Below, piece after piece: positions 23,229 through 32,929 of a stretch of 55,262 nt of DNA; position 1 is the stretch's first letter; each line of letters opens with the position of its first letter. Source of the stretch: an uncultured Gammaproteobacteria bacterium (GTDB taxonomy: Bacteria; Patescibacteriota; Microgenomatia; UBA1406; GWC2-37-13). The position numbers and the translations under genes were made by a program. The notes beneath the pieces are model-generated. The model ran no database searches. It saw nothing but the letters and a program-made list of their open reading frames with translations, and was not told the DNA's origin. The stretch lies in the NCBI GenBank assembly GCA_964404095.1, contig CAYOIN010000001.1, positions 1-55,262 of the forward strand, in the 5' to 3' direction.

Positions 23229-25664
23229 CTAGCACGCACTGTAACCACAGCCGTAGCACTTTGAGCATCCTTCCTCATGTGCGAGTAGGGCTTCACCACA
23301 GCTCGGGCAGATGTCAAAGGTGTTCGAGTGCGACTCGGTCTTTGGCGCAACAGCAACCGCAGCCGTTAGGGTCGGCTGAGTAATCTCAGCCACCAACGCT
23401 GCCTCGTCGTTCTTATGCGCTGTGCCGTTCCCATTTGTAACATGGCCGTTAGCCGTGAGGCCAACGTGACCATTCGTCGTCTGATGATCTGCGTACGCGC
23501 CGAGCTTATAATGCATGGCAAGCGCTTTTGCGACAGCATCCGGAAGGCTCTTGATGCGCTCCTTTCCAAATCCCATTGCTCGTGCACCACCGATGCTTGA
23601 AAGCTGATCGATGATCTCCTTAATACGCTCATGTGGAGCGAGATGGGAAGAAAATCGAAGCGCAAGCGAGATGATTCTTCCGAGTCCCTCAGCCATTGCA
23701 TAGACATCGGTTCCGGCCTTTCCCACATTGATGAACACCTCAAGTGGTTCTCCACCACCGTTTGTGTTGATCGTGATGTATGCGGTGCCGACCGGCGTGC
23801 TGATGCGGTATGTTGCACCGTGTACCACCATGGGTCGAGGATGAATCGCTGGTTGCGGCTTCTGCGCTACCTGCTCTTCTTTCTTCTCCTCCTCTTTTCG
23901 GACGAGAACGCCCTGTCGAGAGCCATCTCTCATGTACGCGATACCTTTACAGCCCAGATCATAGGCAAGGGTGTAGAGTCGCTTTACTTCTTCAACGGTC
24001 TGCGTTTTTGGTGCATTTACTGTCTTCGAGATCGATGCGTCAACGTACTGCTGAATGAGTGCCTGTACGCGCACGTGATCCTCAGGTGTGAGATCGTTTG
24101 CCGATACAAACCATTCCGGCTTTTCAATCTTTCCTGCCTTGAAGGCCTCTCCGTGCTTTTGGTACCACTGATCATAAAGGTGATGACGAATGACATCCTC
24201 ACCGAGTCGTGATTTACGCATGAACTCAAACTCAAACACCGGTTCGATTCCGGAGGTGGTGTTTGCAAGAAGCGCGGTTGTTCCGGTAGGAGCCTGCATG
24301 AGGATGACCGAGTTTCGCACGCCATACTTTTTAATTGAGTCCTGCAGATCTTCGGGAAGTTGCTTGATGAAGCGCCCCTTTGAGAATGGCTCAGCTTCCC
24401 ATTTTGGGAACGCTCCCTTTTCCTTTGCGATCTCCATCGACGCCTTGTATGCCTCGTCTCGGATCAGCTTGTACACCTTATCGATAAAGGCGAGACTCTC
24501 CTTCGATCCGTATCGAATATGGAGCTTGATGAGTGTGTCGCCGAGACCCATTGTTCCGAGCCCTATTCTACGCTCTCCATTGAGCTGTGTCTGGCGAATT
24601 CCCTCAAAGATATACGGATCCATCTCGACTACATTGTCCTGAAAGCGAACAGCCTGCGCTACGGTTTCTTTCAGTTCCTTGAAGTCAAAAACGCCTTTCT
24701 TGTCGATGTTTGCTCCTCGTACAAACGCTGCGAGGTTGATCGAACCAAGATTACACACTCCCCATGCTGGAAGACCTTCTTCTCCGCACGGATTGACGCA
24801 GTTGATGCGATTCCAGTAGTAGTTGTTGTGCATTTTGTTGTATCGTTCCATGAACACAACTCCCGGCTCTGCGGACTTCCACGCTGCCTCAGCAATGAGA
24901 TCCCAGATTTTTCTCGCTTTTACAACGCGATGAACCTTCACCTTCTTGCCGAGCTTCTTCCACACCTCGAGGTCACCGTTCCACTTCTCGTCATACTCAG
25001 GATCGGTCACATCGGGAAAGACTAATGGCCAGTCCTCATCGTTCTTCACCGCATCCATGAATGTGTCAGAGATACAGAGCGAGAGATTTGCGCCGTTAAT
25101 CCTATTGAGGTCTTGCTTTACCGTGATAAAGTCCTCGATGTCCGGATGCCAGTCCCAAAGCATTAACATGAGTGCTCCGCGACGAGTACCTCCCTGTTGA
25201 ATGATGTCCTTGGTTGCGAGTGAAAACAGCTCCGCCCAGTTAATCGGTCCCGACGAGAAGCCGTTTACTTTTTTCACACGTGCACCCTTTGGTCGTAGCG
25301 AGGAAAGATTGATTCCAACCCCTCCACCGTGCGCCATAATCTCGACCATATTTTTCAAGGTGTCGAGAATACCGCCTCGAGAGTCTTTTGGTGATGGGAT
25401 GACAAAGCAGTTGTAGAAGCTGACATCATAGCCCGTGCCCGCTCCTGCAAGAATACGTCCACCCGGGACGTACTTAAAGTCCTTCATCGCGACATAGAAC
25501 TCGCGCTCCCATTTTTTTCTTGCCTCTGGTTTCTCGATCTCTGCCGCTGCTTTTGCGATTCGTCGCCACATCTCTTCAGGTTTCTTTTCAATTGGACCAC
25601 CTTTCTTATCTTTTAACGAGTATCGATCGAGGAACGCTTTTTGTGCGATGCCGGTAAGTTTCAT
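23229..25664 (-). CDS. nrdJ: Class II (adenosylcobalamin-dependent) ribonucleotide reductase
   Basis: 811 aa with RNR large-subunit motifs (FYNCFV, NPCGE) and a C-terminal Cys-rich tail CPSCGEALLAHEEGCSKCYGCGYSAC. It is adjacent to nrdR and the adenosyltransferase. Confidence 0.9.
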   Translation of the reverse strand: MKLTGIAQKAFLDRYSLKDKKGGPIEKKPEEMWRRIAKAAAEIEKPEARKKWEREFYVAMKDFKYVPGGRILAGAGTGYDVSFYNCFVIPSPKDSRGGILDTLKNMVEIMAHGGGVGINLSSLRPKGARVKKVNGFSSGPINWAELFSLATKDIIQQGGTRRGALMLMLWDWHPDIEDFITVKQDLNRINGANLSLCISDTFMDAVKNDEDWPLVFPDVTDPEYDEKWNGDLEVWKKLGKKVKVHRVVKARKIWDLIAEAAWKSAEPGVVFMERYNKMHNNYYWNRINCVNPCGEEGLPAWGVCNLGSINLAAFVRGANIDKKGVFDFKELKETVAQAVRFQDNVVEMDPYIFEGIRQTQLNGERRIGLGTMGLGDTLIKLHIRYGSKESLAFIDKVYKLIRDEAYKASMEIAKEKGAFPKWEAEPFSKGRFIKQLPEDLQDSIKKYGVRNSVILMQAPTGTTALLANTTSGIEPVFEFEFMRKSRLGEDVIRHHLYDQWYQKHGEAFKAGKIEKPEWFVSANDLTPEDHVRVQALIQQYVDASISKTVNAPKTQTVEEVKRLYTLAYDLGCKGIAYMRDGSRQGVLVRKEEEKKEEQVAQKPQPAIHPRPMVVHGATYRISTPVGTAYITINTNGGGEPLEVFINVGKAGTDVYAMAEGLGRIISLALRFSSHLAPHERIKEIIDQLSSIGGARAMGFGKERIKSLPDAVAKALAMHYKLGAYADHQTTNGHVGLTANGHVTNGNGTAHKNDEAALVAEITQPTLTAAVAVAPKTESHSNTFDICPSCGEALLAHEEGCSKCYGCGYSAC

Positions 25665-25696
25665 AAGGGCTATGATTATATAAAAATTAGTAATAA

Positions 25697-25749
25697 TGAC
25701 AACAACATTTTTCGGCCCTTACATTTCCGAAAATTGTAATGTTGTCGCA
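25697..25749 (-). promoter_or_regulatory. Long imperfect hairpin between nrdR and nrdJ (terminator/attenuator candidate)
   Basis: On the minus strand, GACAACAUUACAAUUUUCGG-loop-CCGAAAAAUGUUGUUGUC pairs in blocks of 7+3+7 bp and is followed by a U-rich stretch. Confidence 0.35.
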
Positions 25750-25789
25750 TGAATGTATAGGTATATACAGTCATGCGAGCACGTCACAA

Positions 25790-26236
25790 TTAAATAAGCT
25801 TCTTGATCTCTTTATCAAAGTCTTCCACCTCTTCGAATCGACGGAACACCGATGCGAATCGAATGTACGCAACCTTATCGAGCTTCTTGAGGTGTTTTGC
25901 TACGAGGTTTCCCACCGTTTTGCTATCGATTTCGGTTTCGTCCTTCTGTCGCATCTCTGCCTCCACACTCGAAACAATCTCATCTATCTGCTGTGCTGTT
26001 ACGGTTGTTTTACCGGTTGCGCGCAGGATTCCACTTCGGAGCTTCTCTGGATCAAATCGCTCCCGCTTTCCATCCCGCTTGATTACCAACATCGGGATCT
26101 CTTCAATTCGCTCGTATGTGGTAAACCGTTTTTCACACCCAACACAGTTTCTTCGTCGGCGAACAACGTTCCCCTGTTCAGACACGCGCGTCTCGATGAC
26201 CTCGGTGTCTGTTCGTTTACAAAAAGGACACTGCAT
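25790..26236 (-). CDS. nrdR: Transcriptional repressor NrdR
   Basis: ORF trimmed to ATG 26236: MQCPFCKRTDTEVIETRVSEQGNVVRRRRNCVGCEKRFTTYERIE (zinc ribbon) followed by an ATP-cone. Confidence 0.9.
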   Translation of the reverse strand: MQCPFCKRTDTEVIETRVSEQGNVVRRRRNCVGCEKRFTTYERIEEIPMLVIKRDGKRERFDPEKLRSGILRATGKTTVTAQQIDEIVSSVEAEMRQKDETEIDSKTVGNLVAKHLKKLDKVAYIRFASVFRRFEEVEDFDKEIKKLI

Positions 26237-26261
26237 ATATACCCTAATTTTACTACAAAAA

Positions 26262-26277
26262 TCAATATATATGGTGT
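26262..26277. promoter_or_regulatory. Candidate NrdR box upstream of nrdR
   Basis: The reverse complement ACACCATATATATTGA matches about 13/16 of the remembered NrdR-box palindrome ACACTATATATAGTGT. A weaker half-match, CACTATTTGTGTGT, lies ~32 bp away (26295-26308). Confidence 0.35.
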
Positions 26278-26447
26278 CCTGGGTGCTTGTCAAGCACTAT
26301 TTGTGTGTAATTTGGTGTATCAAACTATACATAAACTATATCAGTAGTGTAAATTAGCCTCAATTTTGTGTTTCTCCTGTCCGGGCGACTAAACTGCTTT
26401 GATTTTATTGAACAACATTGTATGTTGATACTGTTGCACCAAGCCCT

Positions 26448-27155
26448 ATGGAAAACGCACATAACTACCTCAGACCGTTTATAGAAATGCTGTTTCCGAA
26501 GGTCTGCGTAGGATGCGGGGCTATCGGGAGCTACATCTGTTCTCGGTGCGTGAAAAAGCTTGTTTTGTATGAAAAACAGCGGTGTTTGTACTGCAACCGA
26601 GCATCCTTGTGCGGGCTCACCCACCCGTCGTGCGCAAAACCACGGGGGGTTGACGGCGTGGTGTCTGCCTTTCACTACTCTCCACTTCTGAAGAAGATCA
26701 TAAAAATAGCAAAGTACCGCCTCGCCAAGGACGCGCTCACCGAGCTCCTACAGATTTCTGCACCGATCCTCGGGTCACTCATTGCACCGGCTCGATCCCC
26801 ATACCGTGCCCGGGTCTTTGTCCCGATACCGCTTCACTGGACACGGCACAATCGGAGAGGCTTCAATCAGTCCGAACTGATCTGTGAAGCAGTATCGGCA
26901 TGGGTTCCGGAGTCTCGAAGAGAGATCGTACTCAAACGAGTCATCGCAACACACGATCAAGCGAGAGTTCTGAGACGGTCGGACCGGGTCGCAAATGTGT
27001 CACACGTATTTCGCACGACGCAGCCACTTCGCGAGCGGCGGGTCTTTTTGGTCGATGACGTGATCACTACCGGTTCAACGCTCAAAGCAGCGGTCCTGGC
27101 CCTGAAGCAGGCTGGTGCTACGCATGTATATGGACTTTCACTTGCAAGAGGGTAG
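26448..27155 (+). CDS. comFC: ComF-family phosphoribosyltransferase-like protein
   Basis: N-terminal zinc-finger cysteines (CVGCG...CSRC...CLYC) and a C-terminal PRTase loop VFLVDDVITTGSTL. ATG 26448 is preferred over TTG 26418. Confidence 0.8.
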   Translation: MENAHNYLRPFIEMLFPKVCVGCGAIGSYICSRCVKKLVLYEKQRCLYCNRASLCGLTHPSCAKPRGVDGVVSAFHYSPLLKKIIKIAKYRLAKDALTELLQISAPILGSLIAPARSPYRARVFVPIPLHWTRHNRRGFNQSELICEAVSAWVPESRREIVLKRVIATHDQARVLRRSDRVANVSHVFRTTQPLRERRVFLVDDVITTGSTLKAAVLALKQAGATHVYGLSLARG

Positions 27156-27173
27156 TGTAATATATGTATATAT

Positions 27174-28160
27174 ATGCGCGAACAGGTGCACAAGATCGAG
27201 GTATCTGCGAAAACAATTGTGTTTGCGGTGGTACTGCTCATTCTACTTCAGGTTATCTGGGTGGTTCGCGAGCTTTTCTACTCCTTTGTGATCGCGTTTA
27301 TCGTAATGAGCGCCTTTAATCCCGCAGTTTCTTGGCTGTCGAGATTTCGTGTTCCCCGTGCGCTTTCTGCAGTATTCTTCTTCGGGCTTTTGATCACGGC
27401 GATTACCTATCTTTTTATGTGGCTTGTTCCTCCGGTGAGTAAAGAGACCGCGGTACTGGCAAAGAACCTCCCAAAGTATCTTTCGACCTTTAGCTTCGGA
27501 CCTCAGCTCCAGCTGAACGAAAACTTTTTTTCACAGTATGTAACCAGCGTAACCGGTGGAACATTCGACTTTTTAAAGAGCACATTTTCAAACGTAATAT
27601 TTTTGATTTCGACGGTCTTTTTTAGCTTCTATTTTCTTCTTGAAGAACGATCTATCAAGGCTTTTTTTGTTCGATTTATGGACAAAAAGAACGCACCGAT
27701 CGCGGCCGTAATTATCGACAAGATGGAGGCAAGAATGCAGGCATGGTTATGGGGACAGCTCATTCTCATGATCAGTATTGGGGTCACAACCTACATCGGA
27801 CTGTTGCTCCTTGGAGTGAAGTACCCACTCCCGCTCGCGGTTCTAGCTGGGCTCCTCGAGGTTGTGCCGATCATCGGTCCGATCATCTCTGCGATACCGG
27901 CATTTTTAGTTACTGCGTCGCAGAGCTGGGTAGGTGGAATGATGGTTATCGGGCTCTACTTTATTATCCAACAGGTTGAGAATCAGGTTCTTGTCCCGGT
28001 TATTATGAGACGAGCGGTCGGACTCAGTCCTATTATTACCCTTGCCGCTCTGATTATCGGAGGAAAGCTTGCGGGGATTATGGGCGTTCTTCTTGCGGTG
28101 CCGATCACGCTTGGCATCGAAACGATACTCACCGAGCTCTCGAACCTTCGAAAAGACTGA
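27174..28160 (+). CDS. AI-2E family (PerM/UPF0118) transporter
   Basis: 328 aa with about 8 TM helices. The conserved C-terminal half (LLEVVPIIGPIISAIPA...QQVENQVLVPVIM) is typical of AI-2E/UPF0118 proteins. Confidence 0.8.
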   Translation: MREQVHKIEVSAKTIVFAVVLLILLQVIWVVRELFYSFVIAFIVMSAFNPAVSWLSRFRVPRALSAVFFFGLLITAITYLFMWLVPPVSKETAVLAKNLPKYLSTFSFGPQLQLNENFFSQYVTSVTGGTFDFLKSTFSNVIFLISTVFFSFYFLLEERSIKAFFVRFMDKKNAPIAAVIIDKMEARMQAWLWGQLILMISIGVTTYIGLLLLGVKYPLPLAVLAGLLEVVPIIGPIISAIPAFLVTASQSWVGGMMVIGLYFIIQQVENQVLVPVIMRRAVGLSPIITLAALIIGGKLAGIMGVLLAVPITLGIETILTELSNLRKD

Positions 28161-28182
28161 GAAATAGCCTCAAAAACTTCTG

Positions 28183-28320
28183 GTGCGGTGAATCTGCGGT
28201 ATATATGCGGGAATTGACTGCGGAGATAATGCGGTTAATCTGCGGTAATAAAATTACGGTTTTTTTGGGCAGGGTCAATGTAACGGTACGCGGGAAAAGC
28301 GCGGTATATATGCGGGAATT
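28183..28320. repeat. Array of ~11-bp-phased (T)GCGG motifs including a perfect 20-bp direct repeat
   Basis: GCGG starts at 28185, 28196, 28207, 28220, 28231, 28242, then 28290, 28301, 28312 (spacing mostly 11 bp). GCGGTATATATGCGGGAATT occurs at 28196-28215 and 28301-28320. Confidence 0.7.
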
Positions 28321-28325
28321 AGTCC

Positions 28326-29243
28326 TTAGTCGTTCGCAGGAACGATCACATCGAAGGTCTGAGGTTTGCCGTAGGCCTTCGGTCCGTAGTCGGTGCAGAA
28401 GTTTTCGATATTCTCCATAAAGTAGGGGTACTTTTTCTTCTGGAGAACTCCACAGAGGTAGTAGGTGAGTGCCTTTACCATTCCGAAGCCCGCGTGGTTA
28501 GGGAGCGGTATGAACCAGCGGTGATCTTTATGCCCAAAGTATGGATTATCATTTCCGATCGAGATCACCAGCTCCTTCTCCCATGGATGTACGAACTTCG
28601 CGTGGCGGGAAAAGCCTTGCGAATTGGCCCGAATCATGAGGTGAGGCCCAAACAGTTCATCGCGCTTAATCTCAATCATTGGCGCAACGGCTGCATAGGT
28701 ATCTGGAAGGACAAAGGCATAGGCCTCATAGTCAGCAAAGTTTTTGGGAAGCTCGAGCGACGAAATAAACGACTTGATATCCTTCGGTTGCTCATTGGTG
28801 GTTGAGAGAATCATTCCGAGATAGGTGGAGGTATTGTAGGTGTACGGTTCGGCGATGCTTTTGTAGGAGTGTACATGGTCGGCGATCTTGGCCGCGGTAG
28901 AGTTCGGCTTACAGGTGAGCAGCGTGGTTGTGAGGCCGAGTGATTTAGCGAGTTCTACCTCCCAGACCGAGTCCTTCTCTCCAGATGATGAGATGATCAC
29001 GGCATCCTTCACCAAACCTTGTTTGACTGCATCGCGGTAAGACTCTGCCAGCGACCGAAAGGAGGTTTCGTCACACAGTATTGCCGATCTTCCTGAAAAA
29101 ATTATCTTTCCGGTGTGGCTTGCGTTTCCACTTCCCACAACGAACGGGAAGGACAGATGAGAAATATCAAGCGTTGGGGGAGGAGTGGTAATGAAGAACT
29201 CAAGAGAGCTCAGTACGATTTCATCAAGCGTAGGAATTGTCAT
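28326..29243 (-). CDS. SIS-domain-like sugar-phosphate isomerase (possible PGI/PMI type)
   Basis: ORF trimmed to ATG 29243, 7 nt after the upstream stop. VVGSGNASHTGKI and VIISSSGEKDSVWEVELAKSLG fit the SIS fold pattern. 305 aa. Confidence 0.55.
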   Translation of the reverse strand: MTIPTLDEIVLSSLEFFITTPPPTLDISHLSFPFVVGSGNASHTGKIIFSGRSAILCDETSFRSLAESYRDAVKQGLVKDAVIISSSGEKDSVWEVELAKSLGLTTTLLTCKPNSTAAKIADHVHSYKSIAEPYTYNTSTYLGMILSTTNEQPKDIKSFISSLELPKNFADYEAYAFVLPDTYAAVAPMIEIKRDELFGPHLMIRANSQGFSRHAKFVHPWEKELVISIGNDNPYFGHKDHRWFIPLPNHAGFGMVKALTYYLCGVLQKKKYPYFMENIENFCTDYGPKAYGKPQTFDVIVPAND

Positions 29244-29250
29244 ACGGGCA

Positions 29251-30369
29251 TTATATAAACGTCTTGAGTACGGTACAAGCGCTTCCAACACTCTCGAGTT
29301 GATAGTCTCCCACTTCCTGTGGAACAAAGCACGAATGCCCGGTCCCAACCGTGACCGATCCATCCGCAGCGGTAACCTTCAGGACACCGCTCCGTACAAA
29401 AAAATGCACAAAGGACTTGGTTGTATGTGCGTGCAGCGGTTCGGCTACGGTAAGTCGTTCGAGAGAGTAGTACGGCGTACTACAGAGCGTATTGCCGGTT
29501 GGGTACGTTACATTTCGATCCGGTGTATTGTGCGCCGGCGTAGTATCGAGGTGTTCAAAGTAGTCGTCGATTTGAATCGGTCGAATACTTCCGTCACTTT
29601 TTATTTTTCCTTGGTCAAAGCAGCGAATGGTAGACACGGGATCCATCGCATCCAGCTGGACCTCATAGAGAACATTTCCAAGAGGATAGCTCTGCCGATC
29701 TTCTTCCCACGAATGATGAATGCCACCCGACGACATGTCGACAACCGCATCTTTCTTTGGGTGGATTGTATTCACATACTGCCAGGGATTTTGCGATGTG
29801 ATGAAGTCCCGCGCTTGAGACACGCCTGCTTCAATCGAAATCGTTCCTGCTACGATCTGCGAACTGAGTTGAGTCATCTTGGCAGAGATTTCTTCACAGC
29901 ACTGTTTATATCGTGAGACGTCGACGTTGGCGACAAGCCCGCAGGTAGCCTTTCCATCTTCGAAATAAAACCAGGTCTCTGGCTTCGGTTTCCAACGACC
30001 CGTAACGGTTCCCGGTGGCACATGAAGCTGAAAGCTATTTCCAAGTGCTTGGGTAAACTTGATCAGAATCGGTACTTGCTGTGCGGTGATTGCCGACAGT
30101 CCATCATACTGCGTACCCGGTTGGAGGGGAAATGAGTCAGTCTCGTCTTTATCTGCGTAACCAACCTCCGGAATAAATTTCTCATCCTCGGTCGTTGTCA
30201 GATCGAGGCGAAATTTTGATTGTCCAAACAGTTCATAACTCTGTCCTATTTTTACTCCGGCAAGCTCTGGTTTTGTGTCCCAACGTTTTGTCTGAAGGAT
30301 GTAGTCTCCACCCCAGGTTGGTTGTTTTATCAACTTCGGAATAACAAGATATGGCCGCTTCGGAAACAT
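29251..30369 (-). CDS. Type I phosphomannose isomerase-like cupin protein
   Basis: 372 aa. The N-terminus KQPTWGGDYI and the motif NSFQLHVPPG resemble class I mannose-6-phosphate isomerases. Confidence 0.6.
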   Translation of the reverse strand: MFPKRPYLVIPKLIKQPTWGGDYILQTKRWDTKPELAGVKIGQSYELFGQSKFRLDLTTTEDEKFIPEVGYADKDETDSFPLQPGTQYDGLSAITAQQVPILIKFTQALGNSFQLHVPPGTVTGRWKPKPETWFYFEDGKATCGLVANVDVSRYKQCCEEISAKMTQLSSQIVAGTISIEAGVSQARDFITSQNPWQYVNTIHPKKDAVVDMSSGGIHHSWEEDRQSYPLGNVLYEVQLDAMDPVSTIRCFDQGKIKSDGSIRPIQIDDYFEHLDTTPAHNTPDRNVTYPTGNTLCSTPYYSLERLTVAEPLHAHTTKSFVHFFVRSGVLKVTAADGSVTVGTGHSCFVPQEVGDYQLESVGSACTVLKTFI

Positions 30370-30395
30370 AGTGTTTATATAGTATAATTCAGACT

Positions 30396-31319
30396 GTGAA
30401 CAGTAACAATAAAGTCGTACTGTATTCGAAGTCGCTCCGAGTTAATCAGTGGTTGAAGAACTTCGTTGTCTTTACGCCGATTGTTTTTTCAGGCCAGCTG
30501 TTTAATGCTCCTGTTTTGCTTTCCTCGATTGCCGCATTCTTTATTTTCTGTCTCCTTTCGTCAACCTCATATGTCTTCAATGATATTGTCGATTTTCAGA
30601 GCGATAAGAAACATCCGGTCAAACGTTTTCGGCCAATTGCCTCAGGAAAAATATCAATTCAAGAGGCAACCTTTACCGCCTTCATTTTGGCGGTGGTATC
30701 ACTCATTTTTTCACTCATGTTTTCGGTGCAGTTTTTTCTTCTCGCGGTTCTGTTTGCGGCACTCCACGCAGTGTACACGCTCTTCTTAAAAAAGCACTCC
30801 ATTATTGATATTTTTACGATTTCATTTTCCTTTATGATTCGTGCGTTTGCTGGCGTGCTTGCAACCGGTTTCCCGATTCCGATCTGGCTCATGTTCACCA
30901 TTTTCTTTGGATCGCTATTTGTCGCAACGGTGAAGCGAGACGCAGAGCTGTACGTACATGGTCGTGAAGCGCGCGCCGCACTCGGAGCATATCGAGAGCA
31001 TCTGTTAAGTTTTCTTACAACAACCTTCGCCACATCGACAATTCTTGCGTATTCTTTCTATACCTATTTCGAGCGGATCACCGGAGAGAACGCTCGATTT
31101 ACCGAGTTTTTCAACCAGATTATTCCACAGTTTGAAGCGCGAAAATGGATGATGGTCACTATTCCGTTTGTTGTGTATGGGATCGCGCGATATGCCCAGT
31201 TGCTGTACGATAAATCAGAAGGCGAGCGACCCGAAGAAATCATCACCAAAGATAAGCCGCTTATCACGACCATGGGCCTCTGGGGTCTCACGGTAATTCT
31301 TCTCCTCTACATCCTCTAA
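30396..31319 (+). CDS. UbiA-family prenyltransferase (decaprenyl-phosphate phosphoribosyltransferase-like)
   Basis: 307 aa, GTG start, about 8-9 TM helices, and the NDIVDFQSDKKHPVKRFRPIASGKIS motif (NDxxDxxxD). Confidence 0.8.
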   Translation: MNSNNKVVLYSKSLRVNQWLKNFVVFTPIVFSGQLFNAPVLLSSIAAFFIFCLLSSTSYVFNDIVDFQSDKKHPVKRFRPIASGKISIQEATFTAFILAVVSLIFSLMFSVQFFLLAVLFAALHAVYTLFLKKHSIIDIFTISFSFMIRAFAGVLATGFPIPIWLMFTIFFGSLFVATVKRDAELYVHGREARAALGAYREHLLSFLTTTFATSTILAYSFYTYFERITGENARFTEFFNQIIPQFEARKWMMVTIPFVVYGIARYAQLLYDKSEGERPEEIITKDKPLITTMGLWGLTVILLLYIL

Positions 31320-31402
31320 TACCATTTTCTTTAGCGATGGAGCTGTTCTCCCCAATGATTTAGAGTTGCAATGGAAAAATAAAGAGTGTAAAAATAGGGG
31401 CG

Positions 31403-32419
31403 ATGAAAACGACAGAAAAAACTCACGATAAGCTCAGTCCTAAGAATGAAGCGGTAAATCTTGCAATCGAACAGATTCAAAAACAGTTCGGTCGCGGATC
31501 GATTATGCGCCTGGGTGAAAAACCCGCCCCTGCCGTAGAAGATATTATTAAGACCGGCATTCTTCCACTCGATGTCGCACTTGGTGTTGGCGGAATTCCT
31601 AAGGGCCGCATCATCGAGATTTTCGGCCCGGAAGCATCCGGAAAGACCACGGTCTGTCTCTCGGTAATTGCGGAGGTGCAAAAAAAGGGCGGCATCGCAG
31701 CCTTTGTTGATGTAGAGCACGCGCTCGATCCGGTATGGGCGGAAACACTCGGTGTTAAGGTAGATGACCTTTTGGTTTCGCAACCGGACACCGGAGAACA
31801 AGCGCTCGAAATTGTCGAGGCATTAATTCGATCAGGTGGCGTGGATCTTGTCATTGTTGACTCGATCGCCGCACTTGTGCCACGAGCGGAGATCGAGGGA
31901 GAGATGGGAGATGCTCAGATGGGACTGCAGGCAAGACTCATGTCCCAGGCCCTCCGAAAACTTACCGGCGTTGTATCAAAATCCAAAACCACAGTTCTGT
32001 TCACCAATCAGCTCCGCCTGAAGATCGGCATTATGTTCGGAAATCCAGAAACAACTCCCGGAGGTCTTGCTACGAAGTTCTATGCTTCGGTGCGTATGGA
32101 TGTTCGCAAGATCGAAACGTTGAAAAAAAACAATATGGTTGTCGGATCTCGTCATCGAGTGAAGATTGTGAAAAACAAACTTGCTCCACCATTTAAGGAA
32201 GCAGAGTTCGTTATCAACTCAGAGGGAATCGATCGCGACGAGGCAATTATTGAGGCGGCGATCGGAGCCGGTGTCATCACGAAGAGTGGCGCATTCTTAA
32301 AGTTGGGTGAGCGAGTGCTTGCGCAGGGGAAGGAACAGTTAAAGGAGACCTTTGCACAGGACGAAAAACTCCACAAGCACATTATCGAGGAGCTTGAAAA
32401 GAAACTGCTTAAAAAGTAA
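31403..32419 (+). CDS. recA: Recombinase RecA
   Basis: 338 aa. GPEASGKTT Walker [10 protein letters not shown] Walker B, and the L2 region GNPETTPGG. Confidence 0.95.
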   Translation: MKTTEKTHDKLSPKNEAVNLAIEQIQKQFGRGSIMRLGEKPAPAVEDIIKTGILPLDVALGVGGIPKGRIIEIFGPEASGKTTVCLSVIAEVQKKGGIAAFVDVEHALDPVWAETLGVKVDDLLVSQPDTGEQALEIVEALIRSGGVDLVIVDSIAALVPRAEIEGEMGDAQMGLQARLMSQALRKLTGVVSKSKTTVLFTNQLRLKIGIMFGNPETTPGGLATKFYASVRMDVRKIETLKKNNMVVGSRHRVKIVKNKLAPPFKEAEFVINSEGIDRDEAIIEAAIGAGVITKSGAFLKLGERVLAQGKEQLKETFAQDEKLHKHIIEELEKKLLKK

Positions 32420-32464
32420 CGGGAACGGACGACCACCAGGGATATTCATTCGTTACAATATCGT

Positions 32465-32929
32465 ATGCAAAAACTGCTCAATGCAGCATATTTCTATCTT
32501 CGATTTCGTCCTCGTTCTGAGTCTGAGATGCGTCAGTACCTCGAAAAGAAACGGGTGAAGTATGGGATTGCTGAGGACTGTGTCGGCGATGCAGTCGCGG
32601 AGCTGAAGCGACAGTCGCTCGTGAATGATCAATCGTTTATCTCCTGGTTTATCGAGATCCGCGGCAGTTCAAAGAAGAAATCAACTCGCATGCTGCGATA
32701 TGAACTACAGCGCTATGGAGTATCCACAGATGACATCGATCAGTACTTCTCGGCACATGAGGTAGACGAGCTTCAGCAGGCGATCCGCGCTCTCGCTGCA
32801 CGGTGGCGGTCAATTCGATCGCTTGACCCAAAAAAACGCTTTGAACGAGCCGCGACCTATCTCCAGAGAAAGGGCTTCTCGTATGCCCAGATTAAAACAG
32901 CGATTGCAGAGTGCGAGCAAAAAAGGTAA
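32465..32929 (+). CDS. recX: RecA regulator RecX
   Basis: 154 aa of helical repeats, YLRFRPRSESEMRQYLEKK, located immediately downstream of recA. Confidence 0.85.
   Translation: MQKLLNAAYFYLRFRPRSESEMRQYLEKKRVKYGIAEDCVGDAVAELKRQSLVNDQSFISWFIEIRGSSKKKSTRMLRYELQRYGVSTDDIDQYFSAHEVDELQQAIRALAARWRSIRSLDPKKRFERAATYLQRKGFSYAQIKTAIAECEQKR

Noticed and set aside
28183-28320. CRISPR array
   Set aside because: The repeat unit is ~11 bp and degenerate, there are no spacer-sized unique segments, and no cas genes are nearby.
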